Origin: Patescibacteria group bacterium
Lineage (GTDB): Bacteria; Patescibacteriota; Patescibacteriia; UBA9570; JAHJKD01
Direction of reading: 5' to 3'
DNA length: 60,230 bases
Assembly (NCBI GenBank): GCA_043798935.1
Contig: JAZDOC010000005.1
Location: forward strand, 1-60,230
Shown: positions 38,778 to 47,432 of the stretch, in pieces
How the letters are laid out: every line of letters starts with the position of its first letter
Numbering within the stretch: position 1 is the stretch's first letter
Notes under the pieces: generated by a model
Told to the model about the DNA's origin: nothing
Databases searched by the model: none
The model's input: only the letters and a program-made list of their open reading frames with translations
Program-made: the position numbers and the translations under genes

Positions 38778-39313
38778 TCACTTATTGGCATGGCACTTTG
38801 CGGATGACCATGTGCTACCCATTTTCCTTCTTTACAAATCCAATCATCTTCGCCATTAAAAAATCTGAGCATGCCAATTAAGAGAACTAAAATTATACCA
38901 ACCCCAAACACAATGTAGATCCCCTTTTTCTCTAAATGAATAAATTTTTGATAATAAATATAGAAAAGTTTTTGCAAGAAAAAAATAATTGTGATAGAAA
39001 CAATAAAAGTAATAAAAATAGCCGAATATTCAGGTTTAGATAATGACCCTAAAGATAACAAAATAATCGTAATTGTAGCTAAAACAGCGTAGCCATAAAC
39101 AGCCACTCTAAAAGCTTGATTATTTAAAGCCTGATCCCTTTCATCTAAAACCACATCTTTAACTGTTTTCCTAATAACATAAACGCCAATATAAGCCAAT
39201 ATCATTATAAGCACGGCTATAAAATAATGATTTCCGGTTAAGCAAAAATACAAGCCAATTAAAGTTATGAAACTGATAACATTTTGCACTTGATGATAAT
39301 TTTTTAATTGCAT
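38768..39313 (-). CDS. Membrane protein (DUF2178-like) co-transcribed with the XRE regulator
   Basis: Four TM helices. The 10-nt overlap with the XRE gene is the typical arrangement for this pair. Confidence 0.45.
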   Translation of the reverse strand: MQLKNYHQVQNVISFITLIGLYFCLTGNHYFIAVLIMILAYIGVYVIRKTVKDVVLDERDQALNNQAFRVAVYGYAVLATITIILLSLGSLSKPEYSAIFITFIVSITIIFFLQKLFYIYYQKFIHLEKKGIYIVFGVGIILVLLIGMLRFFNGEDDWICKEGKWVAHGHPQSAMPISECK

Positions 39314-39321
39314 ATTATTTG

Positions 39322-39361
39322 TTAGAATTAATTAACATGATGTCATGTTATATTATTCTAA
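39322..39361. promoter_or_regulatory. Nested inverted repeat; candidate operator of the XRE module
   Basis: TTAGAAT(39322-28)...AACATGA(39334-40) TG TCATGTT(39343-49)...ATTCTAA(39355-61). A TTGACA lies at 39373-39368 (minus strand). Confidence 0.35.
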
Positions 39362-39460
39362 CAATATTGTCAAATTAATTAGACTGTATATATAATTTTA
39401 GCCCCTGGCTTTATGCCATGGGCTTGATTATTTATTTCTTCCAGTTGAAAAGATTAATAG

Positions 39461-40177
39461 TTAATCTATGGAAGTGGTATTTCTTTTAGGGGGTATTGTT
39501 TTGAAAGTCGAAAGCCGCATAGCCGAAAAAGAATTTTTAACCGAGCTTTTCTTTTTATGAATATAGTGGCGCCGGACAAAAGACTTGCCATTAATTTCTT
39601 CTCCTTCATCCTGAAAAATAAAATCCGAATCAGGATTGCCTTCATGAAAATCTTTTAAAATTTGCGCTACCTGTTCTTCGTCTTCGGGCCGCAAGGCATA
39701 ACCATTCTTTATGGCCCATTCCAGTACATGCACCTGTGCTGCTCCCATACGTAATTCTATGTCTTCACCTTTTCTATTAGCTAGGAGCTGAAAAAATTGT
39801 TCAGCTCTTTTTAATAACGCCGTGGGCATGCCACGCCGGCTGGGTTTATCCATTTCAACGTATCGATGTTGCGATGAATATTTAACTTCGCCACTGCGTA
39901 CAAAATCCACTTCGGCAGCGGGACCGTCTTCGTTGCTATAAATAAAATATATTTGTTGCCAGCAAACACCTTCTATGGTATAGGATGGTTTGTATAAAAT
40001 TTCAAAGCGCACTTGTTCACCATTATAAACTTCCGGCGTGCTAAACAATAAATATCCTTCGCTATCTATGTATTCTACTTTCGGACATTTTTCAAGCTGT
40101 TCTTTATCTGAAATTATATCCATTAAATTTTCCAGCATTTTCGGCAATTCGGGTATGGATCTTTCTGTTATATTCAT
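39461..40177 (-). CDS. Hypothetical protein (possible acetyltransferase-like motif RRGMPTALLKRAEQF)
   Basis: 238-aa ORF, visibly more G+C-rich than its neighbours. No confident family. Confidence 0.45.
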   Translation of the reverse strand: MNITERSIPELPKMLENLMDIISDKEQLEKCPKVEYIDSEGYLLFSTPEVYNGEQVRFEILYKPSYTIEGVCWQQIYFIYSNEDGPAAEVDFVRSGEVKYSSQHRYVEMDKPSRRGMPTALLKRAEQFFQLLANRKGEDIELRMGAAQVHVLEWAIKNGYALRPEDEEQVAQILKDFHEGNPDSDFIFQDEGEEINGKSFVRRHYIHKKKSSVKNSFSAMRLSTFKTIPPKRNTTSID

Positions 40178-40187
40178 ATTATTTAAT

Positions 40188-40340
40188 TCAATGATTTTCC
40201 AAACTAATATTTTCTAAATTAGAAACCGTCCCTAGCTCTTCTTCCAAAGGCTTGGTAACAGCGCTTTCAACTTCGGTCGGAGTTTTTTTTGTGTCAAATA
40301 ATTTGTGAATGATAAAAAATAAAATCGAAATAATGCTGTT
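40188..40340 (-). pseudogene. Remnant of the N-terminus of an RND (AcrB/HAE1-type) efflux permease
   Basis: Open frame without a Met: ..IISILFFIIHKLFDTKKTPTEVESAVTKPLEEELGTVSNLENISLENH*. It resembles the conserved RND segment (.sp.evE..vT.plE..l....gl..i.S). Confidence 0.35.
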
Positions 40341-40424
40341 TTAATTAAAATTATTATATCATTAATTCGATAAATTTGGAATCATAGCATTATTTTTTCC
40401 ATAATAATATGCTACAATGCTAAT

Positions 40425-42185
40425 ATGAAAAAATTGATTTTATTATTGATTCTATTAATAACCCCTATTTTCTCACTTGCCGCTATAGCCGATAATTTTA
40501 TTTACCCGGTTTCCACCTGGGATGTCGGCTCTCAGCACGGCGAGGAAATTTATACTGGCATGTATCACATGGGAACGGACGCTGATTTTGCTCAAGGTGA
40601 AGGCGCGCCTGTTTATGCTGTCGCTAACGGCGTGATTAAACAAGTGCAAGAACACACCCAGTTTGGTTTGGTTATTTTAATTGAACATACTTTAACCAGT
40701 GGTGAAAAAGTTGTATCTTTATACGGACACTTAAAACCATCTGATCGCAAAGTAAGCGTGGGGCAAAGCGTATCGGCCGGAGATTTAATCGGCACCTTAG
40801 GCAACTCTTCGGAAAACGGCGGTTGGACACCGCACATTCATTTTGGTATTCATAAAAATGCCTATACTGGCGCCTGGGTTTATGCCGGTCATGTACCAAA
40901 TCCGGCCACGGCCAATGATTGGTACGATGCTGAAACTTTTATTCCTGAACATTTAACTACGGACAATTGGTCACCGGAAGTTTCTCTGGATATAGCCAAA
41001 GATTCGATAATAAGTAATTATGAAATTATAAATATTTATGCCACTGATATTGGATCCACTATCGACACTGTGACGCTGAAAGCTTCCAACAATAAAAAAA
41101 CCTGGACAACTATCGGAAGTTATTCCGGATATGAAATGTACCCTTATTATTTTTATGCTTCTTTTAATGGTCTTAGCGATGGCACGCTTTACATTCGCGC
41201 CGTCGTCACTGACGAATTTGGTAACAAAACAAAAAAAACCAAAAGCGTAATAAAAAAAGCTGATGCTTCGAGCACTAAATATTTCGCCGCGATCAAAGGC
41301 ACAGGCAGTTCGGCCAATGTAAAATCTTATTATCAAGACGGAGCTTTATATAAAGAGTTTAATACAAATAAATCTACCTGGACAGACAATGGTGATATCG
41401 CCATTGGTGATGTGACCGGTAATGGGATTAAAAATATTGTCATAGTCCCCGGTAAAGGTAAAAAAGTGACTGTTAAAATATATTCTCCAAATGGAAAAAA
41501 AATAGCTAGTTTTCAAGCATTTCCAGATTCAAATAAAAATGGCGGTCGAGTTGCGACCGGCGATATTGATGGTGATGGAAAAGATGAAATTATTGTTGGC
41601 TCCGGGCCGGGCAGAACCAGTCTAGTAAAAGTTTTTTCACAACGTGGCACTCTAAAATGGAAATCTAATGCATACCTAAAAAAACGTACCAACGGTATTG
41701 ATGTGGACAGTGGCGATATTGACGGTGATGGTAAAGATGAAATTATTGTCGGGTCGTTAAGTGGATCAAAATCTACGATTGCCATATTTGATGAAACCGG
41801 AAAGCGCATCAAAGTTTTTCGGGCTTTTGGCGCTAACTATAAAGGTGGTGTAAATGTAGCTACCGGAGACATCGATCAAGATGGCCAAGATGAAATTATT
41901 GTTGGTACCGGTGGAAATACTAAAGGTAAAGTTCGTGTTTTTGAAAGTAATGGCAAACAAAAAGAATATACTTTTATACCGTTTGGATCTGGCTTTACGG
42001 GCGCGGTTGATGTAAGTACAACTGATTGGGAAAATGATGGTAAAGACGAAATTATTATGAGCCAAGCATCTAATGGTGAAGCTTGGGTTAAAACTTATCG
42101 ATATAATAAGAATCAAACTATTCTAACTACTAGAAGGGTTTTTGAAGAGGGGTTTGAAGGCGGGGCTAGAATTGCCGGTTGGTAA
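40425..42185 (+). CDS. Secreted M23 metallopeptidase fused to FG-GAP/VCBS-type repeats
   Basis: HMGTDA ... LYGHL ... GWTPHIHFG M23 motifs, plus five or more GDIDGDGKDEIIVG repeats. Confidence 0.8.
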   Translation: MKKLILLLILLITPIFSLAAIADNFIYPVSTWDVGSQHGEEIYTGMYHMGTDADFAQGEGAPVYAVANGVIKQVQEHTQFGLVILIEHTLTSGEKVVSLYGHLKPSDRKVSVGQSVSAGDLIGTLGNSSENGGWTPHIHFGIHKNAYTGAWVYAGHVPNPATANDWYDAETFIPEHLTTDNWSPEVSLDIAKDSIISNYEIINIYATDIGSTIDTVTLKASNNKKTWTTIGSYSGYEMYPYYFYASFNGLSDGTLYIRAVVTDEFGNKTKKTKSVIKKADASSTKYFAAIKGTGSSANVKSYYQDGALYKEFNTNKSTWTDNGDIAIGDVTGNGIKNIVIVPGKGKKVTVKIYSPNGKKIASFQAFPDSNKNGGRVATGDIDGDGKDEIIVGSGPGRTSLVKVFSQRGTLKWKSNAYLKKRTNGIDVDSGDIDGDGKDEIIVGSLSGSKSTIAIFDETGKRIKVFRAFGANYKGGVNVATGDIDQDGQDEIIVGTGGNTKGKVRVFESNGKQKEYTFIPFGSGFTGAVDVSTTDWENDGKDEIIMSQASNGEAWVKTYRYNKNQTILTTRRVFEEGFEGGARIAGW

Positions 42186-42211
42186 TATTATTTCAAAATA
42201 ATTTATATATT

Positions 42212-42865
42212 TTATTGAATATTTATAGTTTCACCTAAAAACTTTGGTTGTTTATTAATAATTATATTCCAAAAAACTTTTACCCGGGCCAAGCGCTCTC
42301 TCAGCCAAACTCGCGGGCTAATTCGAACCGGAACTTCCTGCGCATTAAAACCAATGGCTTCAATGTTGTTTTGCTGTGCAATATAAACCGCTCGTTGATT
42401 ATGAAATTTTTGTGAAATTATTATGATATCATTTTCAAGAAATACTTTATTACTTCTGATAATAGAATCCCAGGTATCAAATCCGGCATAATCTAAATAA
42501 ATTCTTTCTTCGGGCACGCCCCGGGAGATTAGATCGTCTTTCATGGTTTGCGGTTCATTGTAATTTGAAACACTGTTATCACCGCTGATTAATATGAATT
42601 TAATTTTATTATTTTTATATAATTCTTCGGCGGCGTTTAATCTGTATATATAAAATAAATTCTGCCGACCGTCGGAAACATACTTAGAAGTGCCTAGCGA
42701 TAATCCGATTTTTTTGGATTCAATATTTTCAATGTTATCAAACAAAGAATTTTGGGTTTGATAATCAATTATCAGATCACAAATAATAACCAGCATTAGG
42801 GTTGTTAATATAAAAACTATTATTGCTATTATTAGATTCTTAATTAATGGATTTTTAAATTTCAT
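42212..42865 (-). CDS. SanA/YdcF (DUF218) family protein
   Basis: N-terminal TM. ISGDNS...NEPQTMKDDLI..GVP...I.LDYAGFDTWDS pattern. Confidence 0.75.
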   Translation of the reverse strand: MKFKNPLIKNLIIAIIVFILTTLMLVIICDLIIDYQTQNSLFDNIENIESKKIGLSLGTSKYVSDGRQNLFYIYRLNAAEELYKNNKIKFILISGDNSVSNYNEPQTMKDDLISRGVPEERIYLDYAGFDTWDSIIRSNKVFLENDIIIISQKFHNQRAVYIAQQNNIEAIGFNAQEVPVRISPRVWLRERLARVKVFWNIIINKQPKFLGETINIQ

Positions 42866-42931
42866 GATCTAATTATAACCTTTCTTACAGTGTATAATCA
42901 ATAACAACATCGTCTTTTAGACGGATGTTTT

Positions 42932-43007
42932 TGGAGCCGTTGTGCGGAATTGAACCGCAGACCTTCCCCTTACCATGGGGATGCTCTACCAACTGAGCTA
43001 CAACGGC
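42932..43007 (-). tRNA. tRNA-Thr (anticodon GGU)
   Basis: GCCGTTG TA GCTC AGTTGGTA GAGC A TCCCC ATGGTAA GGGGA AGGTC TGCGG TTCAATT CCGCA CAACGGC T CCA. Confidence 0.9.
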
Positions 43008-43019
43008 AAATTTTTACAA

Positions 43020-43120
43020 GCTGCTCTACTCCCGATTTCAGCTTTGCTGAAATCGGGGATCCTCGATTTTTCTATGTCGATGCTTTGCATCGATCATGAA
43101 AAATCGGGACAACTGAGCTA
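43020..43120 (-). repeat. Two-hairpin element (copy B) embedded in a tRNA-Thr(UGU)-like D-arm/anticodon-arm fragment
   Basis: Minus strand: TAGCTCAGTTG | TCCCGATTTTT...TCGATGC-AAA-GCATCGA...AAAAATCGAGGA | CCCGATTTCAGC-AAA-GCTGAAATCGGG | AGTAGAGCAGCTTGTAAA. Confidence 0.6.
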
Positions 43121-43121
43121 T

Positions 43122-43153
43122 TTACCCGCCACATCAAATACCAGGGCGGGTAA
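43122..43153 (-). terminator. Stem-loop (TTACCCGCC / GGCGGGTAA, 14-nt loop) downstream of the TPR gene
   Basis: 9-bp GC-rich stem. No clear U tract on the minus strand, so terminator function is uncertain. Confidence 0.35.
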
Positions 43154-43176
43154 CGGCATATTTTAAAACTAATAGA

Positions 43177-43968
43177 TTACAATTCTGCAACTTGTTTTTT
43201 ATAATAATTTAATTTATTATTTTCCGGATTCACTTCTTCTAATTTCTTTAAACTTGTAATAGCCAAATATTTATCTTTAACTTTCAAGCTGGTTTCAATT
43301 AATAAATCCAGATTTTTCGGACTATTGGGTGCCAAATCAACAGATTTTTTATAGCACTTTACAGCTTCATCTGCTTTATCAAGTAAAATATTAATATTAC
43401 CCAATTGACGCCAAATGCCGTCATCATTCGGATTAATTTGTTTAATGAAGTTTAATGTTTCCACGGCTAAATCGTGATCCTTTTTGATAATATATAATTC
43501 GGCTAAACCTTTATAAGCCTCGATGTTTTGTTTATCTAAACTAATCACTTCAATATACTTTTTCTCGGCTTCACCATATTTCTCTTCATGAATTAATTTT
43601 TCAGCTTCAGCAATCAAGGTATTGTTTTTTTGACGCAAACTTTCTTTATCTTCCTGTTTTAGTGAGCTGGCTAATTTTTCTTCGCGATATTTTTTTTCTA
43701 AACTAACAATTTTTTGATATTGTTGTTTAAACCAAGAAATAATTTTCGAAAATAACGGTCGCATAAATTTTTGAATCAAGCTTCCCAGCTCTTTCATCTT
43801 GCGCTCCAACCGTTCTTCCACAATAGAAACTTTTACCTGCGCATGTTTATGATGCTTCATGGCGTCTAAATCCAGTGCGCTTAATTTAGGAAATTTGCCA
43901 ATTATAATAATAGCAATAATCGCAACACACAAAATTATTATGGCACCGATTACAAAATATACTATCAT
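43177..43968 (-). CDS. Membrane-anchored tetratricopeptide (TPR) repeat protein
   Basis: N-terminal TM, a coiled-coil region, then TPR-like units (YGEAEKKYIEVISLDKQNIEAYKGLAELY...). Confidence 0.65.
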   Translation of the reverse strand: MIVYFVIGAIIILCVAIIAIIIIGKFPKLSALDLDAMKHHKHAQVKVSIVEERLERKMKELGSLIQKFMRPLFSKIISWFKQQYQKIVSLEKKYREEKLASSLKQEDKESLRQKNNTLIAEAEKLIHEEKYGEAEKKYIEVISLDKQNIEAYKGLAELYIIKKDHDLAVETLNFIKQINPNDDGIWRQLGNINILLDKADEAVKCYKKSVDLAPNSPKNLDLLIETSLKVKDKYLAITSLKKLEEVNPENNKLNYYKKQVAEL

Positions 43969-44834
43969 GCTTTTTCTTTATATTTATTAGCTTTGCAGCC
44001 CGAGCAACCGCTGGCTTTACAACCAAAGAATTTTTCAACTATATTTTCACGATCTACTCTCACTAAAACTGAATGCTTAATAACATTCCATTCAATAACC
44101 CGCCCTTCGCCTTTTTCAGTTTTTACTATACTATCAAGCGCCGGTAAATTACGGCTACAAGTTCGATACCCCTCAGCTTCATAATTTAAACAGCATTTTA
44201 AACGCCCGCATGAACCAGATAAACGATCGCTCCCGCGTTGTTGTACTTGCTGAAGACGCGCTAAATCGGTAGTAATGTTTCCTAAGTCATCCAGAAAAGA
44301 AGCGCAACAAGTTTCACGTCCACACGGCCCGATGGTATGAATTTGTTTTAATTCATCACGAATACCGATTTGTTGTAAACGAATTGCTTTTTGAAAATTA
44401 TTAATCAGCTCTTTTACTAATTCTCGGAAATCCACGCGACATTCGGCCGTAAAAGCAAATACAACTTTTTTATTATCAATAGTGTAAATACAATCGACCA
44501 ACTTCATGGGCAACTCAAATTTACGAATATACTGTTTACAAATGCGCAGAGTCTTTTTCTTGTCGGTTTGCTGATCTTTAATAATTTTTAAAGTTTCCAA
44601 GTCAGCCGGAGTTTTAATCTTTTTTAATGGTTCATTTAAATTTTCTTCTTTACACTTTCCCACATTAACAACTTTTCCAGCTTCCACACCATGCTCGGTT
44701 TCGATTAAAACCCAGTCGTCTAATTTTAGATTGTAATTTTCGCCGTCATAAAGAGCCGGCTTGTCCCACGGACGAAGCTTGATAGAGACACATTGTTTCA
44801 ATGTATTATTGGATTCGGGCGAAAGTTCGGTCAT
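43965..44834 (-). CDS. PSP1 C-terminal domain protein (RicT/YaaT-like)
   Basis: PSP1 core (FAFTAECRVDFRELVKEL) and a Cys-rich segment CGRETCCASFL...CGRLKCCLNYE. Confidence 0.8.
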   Translation of the reverse strand: MTELSPESNNTLKQCVSIKLRPWDKPALYDGENYNLKLDDWVLIETEHGVEAGKVVNVGKCKEENLNEPLKKIKTPADLETLKIIKDQQTDKKKTLRICKQYIRKFELPMKLVDCIYTIDNKKVVFAFTAECRVDFRELVKELINNFQKAIRLQQIGIRDELKQIHTIGPCGRETCCASFLDDLGNITTDLARLQQVQQRGSDRLSGSCGRLKCCLNYEAEGYRTCSRNLPALDSIVKTEKGEGRVIEWNVIKHSVLVRVDRENIVEKFFGCKASGCSGCKANKYKEKA

Positions 44835-44839
44835 AGGTA

Positions 44840-45430
44840 TTAAAGGCTAAATCTACTAAATCTGGCGACTTTAATATTTTCACCAATTTTAGCGATATTT
44901 TCAGTAATAAACGCTTGGACTTTAATTTTATCGTTTTTTAAAAATTTTTGCTCGGAAAAACAAACCTCTTCGTAAAACTTATTAAGTTTGCCTTGGATAA
45001 TTTTCTCTTTCACATCGGCTGGTTTATTATCATTTTTCATTTGTTCCATGTAAATTTCTTTTTCTTTATCAACAATTTCCTGTGGTACGCATTCCGGGTT
45101 TAAATATTGCGGGTCAAAAGCTGCAATGTGCATGGCTAAATCGTGAACCAATTGTTGAAAAGCTTCATTCTTGGCCACGAAATCGGTTTCGCAATTCACT
45201 TCAATTAAAACGCCAATTTTATTTCCAGGATGAATATAAGAATCAATTAATCCCTGGTTAGTGGTGCGACCGGCTTTTTTATTAGCAATTTTTTGGCCTT
45301 CTTTGCGAAATATTTCAATGGCTTTATCAAAATTACCATCGGCACTGGATAAATATTTTTTACAGTCCATCATGCCGGCACCGGTTTGATCGCGAAATTT
45401 TTTTATTAAATTGGTAGTAATATTTGTCAT
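44840..45430 (-). CDS. tsf: Elongation factor Ts (short form)
   Basis: LIKKFRDQTGAGMMDCKKYL UBA-like N-terminus and VNCETDFVAKNEAF. Confidence 0.9.
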   Translation of the reverse strand: MTNITTNLIKKFRDQTGAGMMDCKKYLSSADGNFDKAIEIFRKEGQKIANKKAGRTTNQGLIDSYIHPGNKIGVLIEVNCETDFVAKNEAFQQLVHDLAMHIAAFDPQYLNPECVPQEIVDKEKEIYMEQMKNDNKPADVKEKIIQGKLNKFYEEVCFSEQKFLKNDKIKVQAFITENIAKIGENIKVARFSRFSL

Positions 45431-45439
45431 TTTTTTATT

Positions 45440-46195
45440 TTAATTATTTTGTTGCTTCAACTTTTTTTCTTCTACTTTGTTTGCTTCAACTTTTATTGCT
45501 TCCAGAGCTTGTGGAATTTTAAAGTTTTCTGTAATAGTTTCGGCGACAGCTTTAGTGATGTATTCAATAGATTTTACAGCATCTTCATTAGCCGGAATCG
45601 GATAAGTAATCGGATCCGGGTTAACATTGGTATCACACATAGCAATAATCGGGATACCACGGCGAGTTGCTTCGCGGACAGCAGTTTTTTCTTTTTTAAC
45701 ATCAACTACAAAAATAGCATCTGGTAATTTAGTCATGCCTTCAATTCCACCTACTACTTTATCTAATTTTACGATTTCGCGTAAAAAATTTAATTGTTCT
45801 TTTTTAGTATATTTTTTTAATTCGCCAGTGTCGCGCTCTTTTTTAAGCCGAGTTAATTTTCTGGATAATTTAACAACGTTTGAAAAATTAGTGAATAAAC
45901 CACCAATCCATGTTTCCACCACGTAAGGCATATTGCAGGCCGTAGCATATTTCTTAATAATTTCTTTAGCCTGACGTTTGGTGCCAACAAACAGAACACT
46001 GCGCCCCTGGCTGGCTAAATCTTTAACCACTTTAAGAGCTTCTTCTAATTGTTCTTTGGTTTTCTCCAAATCAATGATGGAGATGTTTTGTTTTGTGGTA
46101 AAAATAAAAGGACACATTTTTGGGTGTCGCTTACTTTTACGATGCCCAAAGTGAATACCACATTTAAGCATCTCTGATAATGAGATTTCTTTCAT
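45440..46195 (-). CDS. rpsB: 30S ribosomal protein S2
   Basis: MLKCGIHFGHRKSKRHPKM... The start is placed at the ATG at 46195, preceded by an AAGGA Shine-Dalgarno-like motif, not at the upstream TTG. Confidence 0.95.
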   Translation of the reverse strand: MKEISLSEMLKCGIHFGHRKSKRHPKMCPFIFTTKQNISIIDLEKTKEQLEEALKVVKDLASQGRSVLFVGTKRQAKEIIKKYATACNMPYVVETWIGGLFTNFSNVVKLSRKLTRLKKERDTGELKKYTKKEQLNFLREIVKLDKVVGGIEGMTKLPDAIFVVDVKKEKTAVREATRRGIPIIAMCDTNVNPDPITYPIPANEDAVKSIEYITKAVAETITENFKIPQALEAIKVEANKVEEKKLKQQNN

Positions 46196-46438
46196 AAATT
46201 TCCTTTTTTCTACTGTTTTTTGCAAAAATTGAGGATCCTATTAGCTTAAGCGTTTTAAAACACTTAATATATTGGACAAGGTTCGATTTTTAACGCAAAA
46301 ACAGGATTTTTATTAATTTATTAATTTAAAACATGTCTTAATAAAGACAAAAATAATTCTAATACATATCTTAATTTTTGGCAAGGGCTAATGCCACAGT
46401 TGACAATATATTTAAAAATCAATAAAATATACTGGTCT

Positions 46439-47038
46439 ATGAATAACTTTATTAAAACTTACCGCCGATGGAGCGAAAACAAATACTTTGAAACCGTTAA
46501 AGTAATTGTAATATCTTTAGCTATTATTATTCCAATTCGAACATATCTGGTTGAACCTTTTTATGTGAAAGGAACTTCCATGGAAAATAATTTCTTCAGC
46601 TACGACTATTTATCGATAAACAAGCTTGAATATCGATTAAATCAGCCCGAACGAGGTGATGTGGTTGTTGCTAAATTTGCAGTTAATAAACCTTACGTGA
46701 TTAAAAGAGTAATAGGTTTACCAAATGAAAAAATCGAGCTCGACGGTAAAAAAGTTTATATCACTCCGCCAAACGGCGAAAAAACTCTTCTAATTGAAAA
46801 CTATTTATCCGAAGATAACCTGAAAAATGACCATCTAACCTTTGATCTCGGTGATGATCAATACTTAATTATGGGAGATAATCGTCGCGTTAGTTATGAT
46901 TCTCGTCAACAAGGACCAATTTCGCAAGATCACATTAAAGGTAAATTATTATTTAACATTGTAAATTTTGCACCTTTAGCCGAAATTTATCATAAAATAA
47001 TTCCCTATCCAGATTACACCTTGACTTCCAATTATTAA
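46439..47038 (+). CDS. lepB: Signal peptidase I
   Basis: [10 protein letters not shown] (catalytic Ser), [14 protein letters not shown] (Lys box), [11 protein letters not shown]. The start is placed at MNNFIK. Confidence 0.85.
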   Translation: MNNFIKTYRRWSENKYFETVKVIVISLAIIIPIRTYLVEPFYVKGTSMENNFFSYDYLSINKLEYRLNQPERGDVVVAKFAVNKPYVIKRVIGLPNEKIELDGKKVYITPPNGEKTLLIENYLSEDNLKNDHLTFDLGDDQYLIMGDNRRVSYDSRQQGPISQDHIKGKLLFNIVNFAPLAEIYHKIIPYPDYTLTSNY

Positions 47039-47058
47039 TAATGTATTATATTTCAAGT

Positions 47059-47367
47059 ATGAAAAAAGATATTCACCCAACTTATTATCCTAATGCCACT
47101 GTCACTTGTGCGTGTGGTAACACTTTCGCTACCGGCTCAACAGTCGAGAAGATTGAAACCGAAATTTGTTCGGCTTGTCATCCTTTTTTTACTGGAAAAC
47201 AAAAATTTGTTGACTCAGCTCGCCGGGTAGAGAAATTTGAAGCTAAACAAAAAAAAGTGGATGCCGCTAAAGCAACGCACTCTTCTGTTAGCAAAAAAGT
47301 TAAACGCGCAAAAAAAGACCTGGCCAAAAAAGGAACTGTTTCTGCTAAGGCTAAAACCAAAGCTTAA
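47059..47367 (+). CDS. rpmE: 50S ribosomal protein L31 with a lysine-rich C-terminal extension
   Basis: [11 protein letters not shown]...CACGN...[12 protein letters not shown]. Confidence 0.9.
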   Translation: MKKDIHPTYYPNATVTCACGNTFATGSTVEKIETEICSACHPFFTGKQKFVDSARRVEKFEAKQKKVDAAKATHSSVSKKVKRAKKDLAKKGTVSAKAKTKA

Positions 47368-47385
47368 CTAAACTTAAATAATAAT

Positions 47386-47420
47386 ATCCTCATTACTTTT
47401 AGTTATGAGGATTTTATTTT
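47386..47420 (+). terminator. Intrinsic terminator after rpmE
   Basis: ATCCTCAT-(11 nt)-ATGAGGAT followed by TTTTATTTT. Confidence 0.6.
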
Positions 47421-47432
47421 ATAATAATATTT

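Noticed and set aside
43008-43130. Possibility that the 43-kb locus is an intron-containing or split tRNA gene with an insertion in the D-loop.
   Set aside because: Only the D-arm and part of an anticodon arm are present. Five nucleotides, not two, separate the putative acceptor strand from the D-stem. No T-arm or 3' acceptor strand follows before the intact tRNA-Thr(GGU). It is better explained as a tRNA fragment carried with, or disrupted by, the element.
42975-43166. 63-aa plus-strand ORF over tRNA-Thr(GGU) and the two-hairpin element.
   Set aside because: It is antisense to a tRNA and to a structured repeat, and it has no coding signature.
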